Shown: positions 9,887 to 18,174 of the stretch, one piece after another
Numbering within the stretch: the first letter of the stretch is position 1
Layout of the letters: each line of letters begins with the position of its first letter
NCBI GenBank assembly: GCA_964635905.1
Contig: CAZWPK010000004.1
Span: 25,012 to 89,011 of the forward strand
Source of the DNA: an uncultured Pseudomonadales bacterium
Lineage (GTDB): Bacteria; Patescibacteriota; Microgenomatia; UBA1400; UBA12028
Direction of reading: 5' to 3'
Length of the DNA stretch: 64,000 bases
Position numbers and translations under genes: made by a program
Notes under the pieces: model-generated
What the model was told of the DNA's origin: nothing
Databases searched by the model: none
What the model saw: only the letters and a program-made list of their open reading frames with translations

Positions 9887-10690
9887 CTATTTCCCTGGCA
9901 TAGTTAGCACTTGTCCGGGGACAATAATTCCTGGATTCTGTCCAATGGTTGACTTGTTTGCGTTATAAATTTCTACCCATTTGTATCCGTCATTGTACTG
10001 AGCTACGGCAATCTTCCAGAGTGAGTCTCCTTTAGCCACGGTATAACTTCCACCAGTGGTTTGTGTAGGTGCGGCAGATGAACTCGGTGTTGCACTCGGG
10101 GCTGGTGATGCCGTAGGAGTAACACTTGGAGTTGGACTGGCAGTTGGCGATGCGGTAGGCGTAGCAGTGGGACTTGCTGTAGCTACACTTGTTGGCGTGG
10201 GACTGGGTGTACCCGTCGGAGTCGAAGAAGCCACCGCAATCGTGGATCCTGTTGGACTAGGTACCGCACTTCCTGACGCAGTAACATCTGGAATGACCAA
10301 TTCTTGTCCTTGGGTGAGTGTGTACGGGGACTCTAAATTGTTTGCTTTTGCAATTTCGGTCCACTTGTATCCATCGCCATAGACTTCTTGCGCAATTGTC
10401 CACAATCCATCATTGGATTGCACGGTATAGGTGCGTGGAGACCCCATCAAGTCTTCTGTACTCGTGGTGTCACCAATTTCACTAATTTGAGGCGCTGTTT
10501 GTGATGACGATCGACGGATAAAGAAAAACAGGGCTGCAGCTAAGGCAATCACGACAAAGACCCCTAGTAGCGTCGAAAGCTCGGATTCATACCGACGAAT
10601 CAAGTCCATGAAGGATTGTTGAGTAGTGATTTCTTCTTGTTCCTCAACAACAGAAGAGGTGCGAACTTTTCGCTTTTTGGGAGCTGCCAT
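9887..10690 (-). CDS. LysM-domain peptidoglycan-binding protein (2 LysM repeats, Pro/Thr/Ser linker, N-terminal TM)
   Basis: Two LysM motifs ('YTVQSNDGLWTIAQ...YKWTEIAKAN', 'YTVAKGDSLWKIAV...YKWVEIYNAN'); TM 'LLGVFVVIALAAALFFFI'; TPTASP-type linker. Confidence 0.8.
   Translation of the reverse strand: MAAPKKRKVRTSSVVEEQEEITTQQSFMDLIRRYESELSTLLGVFVVIALAAALFFFIRRSSSQTAPQISEIGDTTSTEDLMGSPRTYTVQSNDGLWTIAQEVYGDGYKWTEIAKANNLESPYTLTQGQELVIPDVTASGSAVPSPTGSTIAVASSTPTGTPSPTPTSVATASPTATPTASPTASPTPSVTPTASPAPSATPSSSAAPTQTTGGSYTVAKGDSLWKIAVAQYNDGYKWVEIYNANKSTIGQNPGIIVPGQVLTMPGK
10056..10230. repeat. Imperfect tandem repeats encoding the (S/T)PT(A/P)-rich linker of the LysM protein
   Basis: Repeated gcgtagga/gtgggact-type units; protein shows TPSPTPTSVATASPTATPTASPTASPTPSVTPTASP. 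Confidence 0.5.
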
Positions 10691-10892
10691 ATGCCTTCCT
10701 TTTGCCCGACGTAACGGGCTAATCGTCTAAACTATTTGGATAATCTCTGGGGCAGCAGATTGTATTCAAAGTACGAAGTTTCTTAGGAAGTGTCAAGAGG
10801 GAATCGTGTTGATCTGCCTCTTGATACTCGCCACACACTTGAAAAAAAAGGATTCACTACTGATAATACCAACCAATAATGGGGGATTAACT

Positions 10893-11258
10893 ATGGCAGA
10901 ACGAATTAGAGTAATGGTGGTCAAGAGTAATGAATATGCAGCAATGCAAGCTGCACTATTTCAGGCACTTGGGGGCTCTTTGGGAATGGATTTTACGTCT
11001 ACAACTACCGAAGATGCAGCAATTCAAGCTTTCAAAAATGATCAAACTGATTTTATTGTTTCAGGATATCAAGACATCAATTGGCGAAAACTACTTCATG
11101 AAGTAGGTCCAGATAGAATGCTTGTCTACTCCGCCTATTCCGATGTTGAGACGAGATCAGCAGTGGAATCAGCCGGTGTTTCATACGTGGTGTTAAATGG
11201 GACGGAGGGAATGAGCGCCGTAATTTTGAACATTTTAGGCCGATTTCCACGGGAATAA
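10893..11258 (+). CDS. Aspartate-less receiver (pseudo-REC) domain protein, paralog 1
   Basis: ~121 aa; aligns by eye along its length with CheY-like receivers (beta1 'RVMVV', 'DFIVSG', 'MLVYSA', 'VSYVVL'); phospho-acceptor Asp and acidic pair replaced; RBS GGGGGA. Confidence 0.5.
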   Translation: MAERIRVMVVKSNEYAAMQAALFQALGGSLGMDFTSTTTEDAAIQAFKNDQTDFIVSGYQDINWRKLLHEVGPDRMLVYSAYSDVETRSAVESAGVSYVVLNGTEGMSAVILNILGRFPRE

Positions 11259-11295
11259 GTGTTAGGTTAATCGTTCTGGTGCAACGTGTGCGTCA

Positions 11296-11679
11296 TTACT
11301 CTCCACCAATGATCTGAATGTAGTTACCATCAAGATCCGCGAAGGTGGCGAAATACTTCTCAAATGTAAATGCCTTAAACGGAGCTGCAATCACTTCAAC
11401 TTCTTTGCTTTTAAGATACTCGAATGCCTCACTGACTGAAGCGACATTAAGATTAAACATATGCCGTGCAGGATCCATATTCTTTCCGTGAACTTGACTA
11501 TGTTGCCCGATCCACAGCCATGTACCACCCGGTTCAATTTCAAAGAGAACTCCCGTATCTTGAGGATGATCCTGCTCTTCGATCACCTTGAATCCGAACA
11601 CGGATTGATACCAATCCGCAAGTTTGCGGAAGTCCTCGGACCAGATTAAGACCGTAGATAGTTTTTCAAATCGGATCAT
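11296..11679 (-). CDS. VOC family protein (glyoxalase/bleomycin-resistance/FosB-like fold)
   Basis: ~127 aa, beta-alpha-beta-beta-beta pattern 'FEKLSTVLIWSEDFRKLADWYQSVFGFKV...DLDGNYIQI'; start overlaps the GNAT stop (ATGA at 11676-11679). Confidence 0.6.
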   Translation of the reverse strand: MIRFEKLSTVLIWSEDFRKLADWYQSVFGFKVIEEQDHPQDTGVLFEIEPGGTWLWIGQHSQVHGKNMDPARHMFNLNVASVSEAFEYLKSKEVEVIAAPFKAFTFEKYFATFADLDGNYIQIIGGE

Positions 11680-12113
11680 AATAATGAGTCCTCCTTTAAC
11701 TCTTTCCAAAAACACGTGTAGTTGTGCTCACTAGTGACAAATCCGCGTTTGGGATAAAAATGTTGCAACATGGCATTCTCTGCATCCGCAAACAAACATG
11801 TCTCAATTGCACCCTGTTCTCGGGCATGCTGTTCGGCTGTTGCGATCATTTTCGAAGCCAGTCCTTGATTGCGACGTTGTGGTGCCACCGCCAAACGAAA
11901 GTGAAAGACCACTTTTGATCCATAGTTAATGGAGAAAATAGAAGAGACGACAGTTAAACCTTCAACGCCTACTAAGATAGCCGTGGGATTTGCGGCGACC
12001 ATGCTTTCAAGATTTTCTGGTGATTCCCAAGTATCCGCATACAAATGGACCTCTTGTAACAGACGCTTTAGAGAGTCGTAATCGCTGGTTTGATACGGAC
12101 GAATGGTTACCAT
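11676..12113 (-). CDS. GNAT family N-acetyltransferase
   Basis: 'VAPQRRNQGLASKMIATAEQHAREQG' acetyl-CoA-binding motif A; overlaps the upstream LmbE-like gene by 7 nt. Confidence 0.75.
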   Translation of the reverse strand: MVTIRPYQTSDYDSLKRLLQEVHLYADTWESPENLESMVAANPTAILVGVEGLTVVSSIFSINYGSKVVFHFRLAVAPQRRNQGLASKMIATAEQHAREQGAIETCLFADAENAMLQHFYPKRGFVTSEHNYTCFWKELKEDSLL

Positions 12114-12859
12114 TTCAGATGAATGTAATGAAATTTTTCTAAAAAGGTATTTTCAAACTTAAATGAATTCAAGATATCCTCAACGCCATCTGCATCGAAC
12201 TGACTTTTGTGCTCTGCCAAGGCACGCCGTTTTACATCTTGAAGCTGGGTACAATCAAAATCGAAATTACAGTTACGCTCATCTGTAAGGAGAAGATCAT
12301 AGACGCTGTGCTCCGTGACTCCCTGCGTGTAATGATCTGTGAAAAAGGATCGGTCGCGTGAAAAGGGATAGACGGCATCAATTGCAGCTTCTCCTACTTT
12401 GCGATGGTCACGATGTTGTACAAAATATCCTTGCTTGTTATAGGTGGGCAAATATTGAAGTGATGGTTCATGCGTACACACCATATCGACTTTGAATTTG
12501 CGAATGTAAAAAGAAATCTCACCGATTAACGCCAAGTTACTTTCCACCGCACCATCGGCGTGTCCGAGACAAACAATGTGATCGTTCGGAACCCCAACTA
12601 CTCCAAGGGCTGCTTTTTCCTCAGCTAGACGAATGGCAGCAAGCTCCGTTTCAGAAATCGTATTCTCTCTACTTCCGCGTGCCCCGTTGGTGACTAAGAG
12701 GACATAAACGTCTTTTTTGTCGATTACCAACTGATGCATGAGAGATGCAAAAAAGACGATTGAATCATCGGGGTGGGCAGTGACCACCAGAATTTTTTGT
12801 TTGTTTTCAAAGATTTGAGCGTAGGTATACATGAGTGGAGTATAGCAAAGGGATGGTGA
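12107..12859 (-). CDS. LmbE/PIG-L family N-acetylglucosaminyl deacetylase
   Basis: 'KILVVTAHPDDSIVFFASL' (HPDD[ES]) and downstream 'HRDH' zinc-binding motifs; start set at 'MYTYAQIF...' because the longer ORF-track extension overlaps paralog 2. Confidence 0.7.
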   Translation of the reverse strand, partial: SPSLCYTPLMYTYAQIFENKQKILVVTAHPDDSIVFFASLMHQLVIDKKDVYVLLVTNGARGSRENTISETELAAIRLAEEKAALGVVGVPNDHIVCLGHADGAVESNLALIGEISFYIRKFKVDMVCTHEPSLQYLPTYNKQGYFVQHRDHRKVGEAAIDAVYPFSRDRSFFTDHYTQGVTEHSVYDLLLTDERNCNFDFDCTQLQDVKRRALAEHKSQFDADGVEDILNSFKFENTFLEKFHYIHLKW

Positions 12860-13001
12860 TCTTACAAAGTGTTGTGATCGTTGAAATGGGTTCACTGGTT
12901 CGTGTGAAGCTCTGAGCACACGCTCTAGATTAAATGAAATGGTATTGCTTGTTAACAATTGGTTTGCCAGGATCCACCACAGATATATTCTAGGAGACAC
13001 T

Positions 13002-13361
13002 ATGGCAGAAAAAAGACGTATAGGTGTTCTAAAGCGGGGGCGATTGGGGCATGATCTAGCGAGTGCATTAAATGGCGAGGATCCACAGTTGCAATTTATT
13101 GCACTGCCGGATGAACAGTTTGCTGTGGATGCTTTAAACAAGGGGTATGCTTCACTTATTGCCTCGGGAGTTGTTGGTATTGCGTGGGAAGATGTGTACC
13201 GCCAAGTTGGAATAGACCGTTTTATTGCGTACTCGACAGAAGTGACTGACGAAGAACTCGATATCATGAAGAAAGCTGGAATTTCGTTTGTTCCACAAGC
13301 ATTTCGAGAAAGCATAGAAAATCTGCTTGTTGTTATTCGCAGTAAAGTATCAAGAGAGTAG
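13002..13361 (+). CDS. Aspartate-less receiver (pseudo-REC) domain protein, paralog 2
   Basis: ~120 aa; shared motifs with paralogs 1 and 3 ('LIASGVVGIAWEDV', 'DRFIAYS', 'AGISFV', C-terminal '...SRE'); RBS AGGAGA. Confidence 0.5.
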   Translation: MAEKRRIGVLKRGRLGHDLASALNGEDPQLQFIALPDEQFAVDALNKGYASLIASGVVGIAWEDVYRQVGIDRFIAYSTEVTDEELDIMKKAGISFVPQAFRESIENLLVVIRSKVSRE

Positions 13362-13427
13362 TAAAAACTAGAGAGTTATTTTGGCCATTGTGTAAGTAGA
13401 TCGTGAAGTTCATAAAAAGGAGTAAAT

Positions 13428-13796
13428 ATGTCAGAAGTTGTGAACGTGGTAATGTTAAAAAAAGGTGGTATCGCTCAACAGTTAGCAAAAGCTTTCAATG
13501 ATTTTGATCCACAGATTGTATTTTCAGGTACGGACTCTGAAGAGATTGCAGCAAAGACAGTCCTTGATGGCACTGCGCATCTGATTGTTTCCGGACTAGT
13601 CGGAGTTGATTGGGAATACGTACTCAAAACGGTGGGTGACGAGAGACTAATAGTCTATGCTCCAGTCAATTTCCCGCAAGATCGGATTGCACGAAGTCAA
13701 GTCAATAACGCTGGTGCAACTTTTGTAGAAATGCGCATCACCGAAGGAGCAGCGCCATTACTACAGGCTATTATTAAAAAATTTCCACGCGACTAA
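13428..13796 (+). CDS. Aspartate-less receiver (pseudo-REC) domain protein, paralog 3
   Basis: ~122 aa; 'HLIVSGLVGVDWEYVLKTV' aligns with CheY '[21 protein letters not shown]', with G in place of D57; 'LIVYAP' (T87->Y); C-terminal '...FPRD'. Confidence 0.5.
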   Translation: MSEVVNVVMLKKGGIAQQLAKAFNDFDPQIVFSGTDSEEIAAKTVLDGTAHLIVSGLVGVDWEYVLKTVGDERLIVYAPVNFPQDRIARSQVNNAGATFVEMRITEGAAPLLQAIIKKFPRD

Positions 13797-13837
13797 GTCA
13801 CTGGACATATTGTACAACCGCCTATCCTTAAGATGCT

Positions 13838-13870
13838 AAAAAGCACATAGATACTATGTGCTTTTTTATT
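13838..13870 (+). terminator. Rho-independent terminator / IS200 left-end stem-loop
   Basis: Perfect hairpin aagcacatag-atac-tatgtgctt followed by TTTTTTATT. Confidence 0.6.
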
Positions 13871-13972
13871 GCTTTCCATGCAGAAAACCGCGCAGGACAT
13901 TCCATTGGAGCGAAGCGAGGAATGCGCGGATGAATGAGCGAAAGCATGGCGGAGCCATGCTAAGCTGTTGCC

Positions 13973-14404
13973 ATGCGAATTCGGCAGCTCAATCATTCTG
14001 TATATCAGGTGCAATATCACATTGTGTGGGGGACCAAGTACCGACGGAAAATACTCAAGGAGTATGTGAAGACAGCATTGATCAAAAGTCTTCACAAAGT
14101 ACAGAGGAAGTTTCCAACTTGGTATTTCCACCGCATCAATACCGATCAGGACCATGTGCACCTGATCATTGAGATACCTCCCAAAGATAGCCTTGCGTTT
14201 TGTGTGCAACAACTCAAAAGTAGCACCAGTGCTGACCTGCAGAAACAGTTTCCCTTCATTGCACGTATTTTTCCAGATGGAAGTATGTGGTCTGTCGGCT
14301 ACTTTGTCAGCACGATCGGACTCAATGAAGAACAAATTCAAAAATATGTGGACAAGCAAGGCCAAAAAGATAAGAGTATGGATGTAACCGCCGAATATGC
14401 ATGA
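13973..14404 (+). CDS. tnpA: IS200/IS605 family transposase TnpA (HUH Y1 transposase)
   Basis: 'YHIVWGTKYRRKIL', HUH motif 'HVHLIIEIPP', catalytic Tyr region 'SVGYFVSTIG'; ~140 aa. Confidence 0.85.
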   Translation: MRIRQLNHSVYQVQYHIVWGTKYRRKILKEYVKTALIKSLHKVQRKFPTWYFHRINTDQDHVHLIIEIPPKDSLAFCVQQLKSSTSADLQKQFPFIARIFPDGSMWSVGYFVSTIGLNEEQIQKYVDKQGQKDKSMDVTAEYA

Positions 14405-14410
14405 GTAGCG

Positions 14411-14452
14411 GAGCAAAAGAAACCCCGCACTTAGCGTTAGCGTAGTGCGGGG
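14411..14452 (-). terminator. Rho-independent terminator of hsp20 (also plausible IS right-end hairpin)
   Basis: 9-bp perfect stem ccccgcact/agtgcgggg followed on the minus strand by TTTCTTTTGCTC. Confidence 0.6.
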
Positions 14453-14482
14453 AGTACGTCATTACTCCAATAATTCAATCAC

Positions 14483-14896
14483 TTATTTACCAGTGGATTT
14501 AACGGTCAGTTTCTTTGGTTGTGCTTTTGCAGCTTTGGTAAACCTGATATGTACTAACCCGTGAGCCAGCTCTGTTTCGGGCTCAATGGTAATGTCAATG
14601 TCTCCAGGAACTGCAAGTTGGTAGGAGAAGTATTTTTGAGACCGTCGAAAGAACTTTTTTCCTTCTTTTTCTTCCTGTTTTGCTTCGGCTACAATCCTTA
14701 GCATGCCCTTCTCAAAAGTAATATCGATATCTTTGTCTTGAATTCCTGGGACTGCAGCTTCGACGTAGACATGTTTATCATCTTCAGCAACCGATAATCC
14801 ACTTGGAGTGTTGGTCATCATTCCCCAGTCTTCATCATCCATCATGGATGGAAGGGAAGGAAATGAGAAGAAAGAACGTGGTAATAAATAGGACAT
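14483..14896 (-). CDS. Hsp20/alpha-crystallin family small heat-shock protein
   Basis: 'DDKHVYVEAAVPGIQDKDIDITFEKGMLRI...AHGLVHIRFTK' ACD signature; RBS GGAGGA before ATG 14896. Confidence 0.85.
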   Translation of the reverse strand: MSYLLPRSFFSFPSLPSMMDDEDWGMMTNTPSGLSVAEDDKHVYVEAAVPGIQDKDIDITFEKGMLRIVAEAKQEEKEGKKFFRRSQKYFSYQLAVPGDIDITIEPETELAHGLVHIRFTKAAKAQPKKLTVKSTGK

Positions 14897-15262
14897 AGTC
14901 CTCCTTTCCCCAATAGGGAATACTGTATGTAATTTCTGTATGCTAGATACAGAGAGCACAGTTGCGATAAAGGTGGGTAATTAACCCGGTGAGTGTTTAC
15001 CCCAACTGCCTTCTCTATATCTAACGCATCAACTCAATCTGTATTGTGTTTTTACTATCGAATTAGCAATAAAATATCATGACTGCTAAACGGTGTCAAG
15101 CAGTCAAACACGCCGAGTGCCAGCTCTGTTGGAAAGATGTATCCTTGTGCGGGACAAACGCATTGAGTAAACGCACACAATCCAAGCAATTCACGCTTGG
15201 ATAAACGTAAGTACGCATGACTACTGATCAGCAGAGCTTATAGAAGATGCCCTATGGAGAGG

Positions 15263-15772
15263 CTACATTAATGGAGTCGGAGCAGGGGTAGCTAATCCAG
15301 GCCCTGTGGCTGGTGAGGTCGGCAAATCAGCACAGGCGGATTTTTGAACACTTACGGCAAGTGGACCCATGCCCTTAAGCGCAGCCATCGAGACATCGAG
15401 TTGAGTTGCAGAAGTGCCATTACTCAGGGATGTGAGAGGATATTTGACTTCTCCAAGCTTTGTACAACTTCCCATGTAAATATTGGCAGTTTGTGCTGAA
15501 GCTGCTTGCATGTCAGAAAGTGAAATGGTCACCGTTACCCGTCCATTTTGTTCTTCTAAGACTGCAGTTCCCGAAACTCCGGAGTTATTGTTGGGAAGTA
15601 ACGAAATGGTGGTCGTGCCAATCATGGAATCCGTTTCTTGTGTCGGTGAACTTGGGGTGTCTTGAAAACGCAGGGAAGAGTCTGTCGTTTCTGGAACCGA
15701 AGGCGTTGTAGCACGACACGCGGTAAGAAGGATGCTAGTGATTGCCAGCAAGAGGAATCGTTTGGTCATAGT
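15263..15772 (-). CDS. Lipoprotein, hypothetical
   Basis: Signal peptide + lipobox 'LLLAITSILLTAC'; Ser/Thr-rich; no further motif. Confidence 0.45.
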   Translation of the reverse strand, partial: TMTKRFLLLAITSILLTACRATTPSVPETTDSSLRFQDTPSSPTQETDSMIGTTTISLLPNNNSGVSGTAVLEEQNGRVTVTISLSDMQAASAQTANIYMGSCTKLGEVKYPLTSLSNGTSATQLDVSMAALKGMGPLAVSVQKSACADLPTSPATGPGLATPAPTPLM

Positions 15773-15892
15773 ATGTCTCCAAATTAAACGATGTGTTTTG
15801 CTAATCCTAATGGATACATCTGTATTCAGTCTACACGACTTTTTAAAAATGTTTTCGTAAGAATGCACGAAATTGAACTATGATAGGATAGA

Positions 15893-16336
15893 GTGACTAT
15901 GATCAAGGAAAAAATCCAATCCCAACTTAAAGAGGCAATGAAAGCTAGAGACAGTGTGAAGTTAGAAACGCTGCGCTTCCTGCTCTCCGAATTAAAGTAT
16001 GCAGAAATCGCACTACAGCATGAATTGACAGAGGAAGAAGAGCTTCAAGTGCTTTCCAAAGAAGTGAAGAAACGCACCGATGCGGTGCAGCTTTTTAAAG
16101 ATTCTGGACGTGACCAATTAGTCATAGAAGAAGAAGCAAAATTAGTCTTTATTCGTTCGTTCCTTCCTGCCCAACTGTCCGCACAAGAATTAGAGGTAAT
16201 TGTGGATGACGTGATTGCAAATGTTTCTGATCGTTCATTTGGATCCGTGATGAAAGAAGTTGTTTCACACACTAAGGGAAGAGCCGATGGGAAAACAATT
16301 AGTTCACTAGTAAAGACAAAATTAGGAAATGCATGA
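15893..16336 (+). CDS. GatB/YqeY domain protein
   Basis: 'EKIQSQLKEAMKARDSVKLETLRFLLSELKYAEI' typical YqeY N-terminus; ~147 aa. Confidence 0.75.
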   Translation: MTMIKEKIQSQLKEAMKARDSVKLETLRFLLSELKYAEIALQHELTEEEELQVLSKEVKKRTDAVQLFKDSGRDQLVIEEEAKLVFIRSFLPAQLSAQELEVIVDDVIANVSDRSFGSVMKEVVSHTKGRADGKTISSLVKTKLGNA

Positions 16337-17178
16337 ATTTAACGTCTTTTCAAACATCCGATGGCTGGTTTACCATTGCTCCCTTTGATCACCGTGGCTC
16401 GCTGGCAACTTCCTTGAAGTTGGATTTATCCAATCAATTGGATCGCGAAAAATTTCTCCATATTAAGCAGTTGTTTATGCGGATCTTAAGTCCACATGTG
16501 TCTGCCGTCCTCACGGATCCTGAATATGGGATTCGGACTCTGGATGATAAAGCAGCCAACTGCGGTTTGTTTCTGTCGTTAGAAGAATCTGGGTATTCCT
16601 CAGATAAAGATGCAATGACGATCTTGCGCTCCGACTGGGGAGTAGCAGGAGTGAAGAAACATGCAGCGGGTGCCAAACTATTAGTCTATGTGAACCCGAC
16701 ATCTTCAACCGCTGATGCCAAACTCAAATTGATTGAGTCGGTAGCCAATGAGTGTTCACTTGCCCAAGTCCCGTTTTTACTCGAGCCGGTGCTCTATCCG
16801 CTGGAGCAGTCACCGTTGTGGGAAAAAGAAGGGGATGAACAGTGGATTGCCACCCATTTAGAAGTCTGTAAAACCATGGCTCCATTTTGTGACATTTTAA
16901 AAATTCAGTATCCCGGTAGTCAGGATGCGTGTGCGAAGGTTTCATCACTACATCCAAACTGGATACTTCTTTCTAGAGGTGCTGCTTTTGAGACATTTAC
17001 GGACTATTTAACCACTGCCGCACGACAGGGGTGTAAGGGATTTGCCGCAGGGCGTGCCGTCTGGCAAGAAATTGAGGAGTTGGACGCGAGAGAATGGGAA
17101 GGGTTTCTTCGTACCACTGCTGTCCCTAGACTACTAGAATTGAGTCAGATTCTTCGTACTGCGAATACACTTGCATAA
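16333..17178 (+). CDS. Class I aldolase-like TIM-barrel protein (LacD/DeoC-family-like), tentative
   Basis: 'IAPFDHRGSLA' resembles the LacD 'ALAFDQRGAL' N-terminal motif; ATGA-coupled to the YqeY gene. Confidence 0.3.
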   Translation: MNLTSFQTSDGWFTIAPFDHRGSLATSLKLDLSNQLDREKFLHIKQLFMRILSPHVSAVLTDPEYGIRTLDDKAANCGLFLSLEESGYSSDKDAMTILRSDWGVAGVKKHAAGAKLLVYVNPTSSTADAKLKLIESVANECSLAQVPFLLEPVLYPLEQSPLWEKEGDEQWIATHLEVCKTMAPFCDILKIQYPGSQDACAKVSSLHPNWILLSRGAAFETFTDYLTTAARQGCKGFAAGRAVWQEIEELDAREWEGFLRTTAVPRLLELSQILRTANTLA

Positions 17179-17208
17179 CTGCCTGTCGCATAGGATACTC
17201 GAGACTTC

Positions 17209-18174
17209 ATGGCCTCTTTTCCACTACGTTTATTGCAACAACTTTTGTTAGCTTGGTATCAAAAAAATAAGCGACCATTGCCATGGAGAGAATTGGTTCC
17301 GTTGAAGAATCAGGGAGTTGGTTCATCCGTTATCCGTGACCCATATAAAGTGATCGTTTCAGAAATGATGTTGCAACAAACACAAGTGCAAACGGTGCTA
17401 CCCAAATACGCCGCCTTTCTTGAGCGTTTTCCCACTTTGGATGCGTTAGCTGCAACTCCCCTTGCGGAGGTGATCATTTCTTGGAAAGGATTAGGATATA
17501 ACCGTCGGGCAAAGCATCTCTTGGAAACTGCAAAGATAATTTCCACTACCCACAAGGGAAACTTTCCTTCGGAAGAGCAGACACTGCGATCATTACCAGG
17601 GTTTGGTCCGTATATGGTGTCTGCAGTTCAAGTTTTTGCCTTTGGAATGCAAGGCGCTGTAATTGATGTGAATGTTGCACGTGTGTTGACCCGCACCCAG
17701 GTTGGGGTAGACATTCTTCCTGCCAAAGCGCTAACAGCACTTGCAGAGCAATCCGTGCCATTAGGGCATGCTGATGACTGGCATCAGGGCTTAATGGATT
17801 TTGGATCCACCATTTGTACCGCGAAAGCACCGCGTTGTACGGACTGCCCAGTTTCAAGACTTTGTTGCGCCAATCAACAAGCAAAAGCTGCAGGTTTTCT
17901 GTCATATGCGGAGTGGCTGGTTGCGCATCCGGTCAAAAAAAAGACGTCAACAAAAGATCGTGGAAAACGTTTTGAAGAAACCGATCGCTATTTTCGTGGG
18001 CGCATTATTGACTATTTACGTCAAGGGTCATTGCCGATGGTAGAGCTACAGGAAAAAATGCGCGCAGAGCATCAGCTAGATAATCGGGTGCGCTTTGGCT
18101 CTTTAATTGAAGCTCTGATGGTCGATGGTTTAATCCAGATTCAAGGCACAGAGGTGGGATTAAAATTAACTTAA
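17209..18174 (+). CDS. mutY: A/G-specific adenine DNA glycosylase MutY-like (HhH-GPD + 4Fe-4S)
   Basis: 'LLAWYQKNKRPLPWRE', HhH 'LPGFGPYMVSAVQVFAFG', cluster 'CTAKAPRCTDCPVSRLC' (C-x6-C-x2-C-x5-C). Confidence 0.7.
   Translation: MASFPLRLLQQLLLAWYQKNKRPLPWRELVPLKNQGVGSSVIRDPYKVIVSEMMLQQTQVQTVLPKYAAFLERFPTLDALAATPLAEVIISWKGLGYNRRAKHLLETAKIISTTHKGNFPSEEQTLRSLPGFGPYMVSAVQVFAFGMQGAVIDVNVARVLTRTQVGVDILPAKALTALAEQSVPLGHADDWHQGLMDFGSTICTAKAPRCTDCPVSRLCCANQQAKAAGFLSYAEWLVAHPVKKKTSTKDRGKRFEETDRYFRGRIIDYLRQGSLPMVELQEKMRAEHQLDNRVRFGSLIEALMVDGLIQIQGTEVGLKLT

Larger units (their letters stand above)
13836..14455 (+). mobile_element. IS200/IS605-family insertion sequence (tnpA only; boundaries approximate)
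   Basis: Y1 transposase gene flanked by a left-end terminator hairpin, a second hairpin (gcatgg-cggag-ccatgc) just before the RBS, and a right-end hairpin ccccgcact...agtgcgggg. Confidence 0.55.

Noticed and set aside
10056-10382. 108-aa plus-strand ORF (GV/GA-rich) antisense to the LysM gene
   Set aside because: It is the reverse-frame read of the repetitive Pro/Thr/Ala linker-coding DNA; low-complexity, no start context, fully inside a well-supported gene.
12860-13315. N-terminal 150-aa extension of the LmbE-like ORF in the ORF track
   Set aside because: The extension has no start-site support, overlaps paralog 2 (which has a strong RBS) on the opposite strand, and the PIG-L domain begins at the internal Met (MYTYAQIF...).
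15000-15262. 260-nt ORF-free region with a 7-bp hairpin (gactgct...agcagtc) upstream of the lipoprotein gene
   Set aside because: Hairpin is short and has no flanking U-tract or recognisable RNA-family motif; most likely just the promoter/5'-UTR region of the divergent lipoprotein and hsp20 genes.
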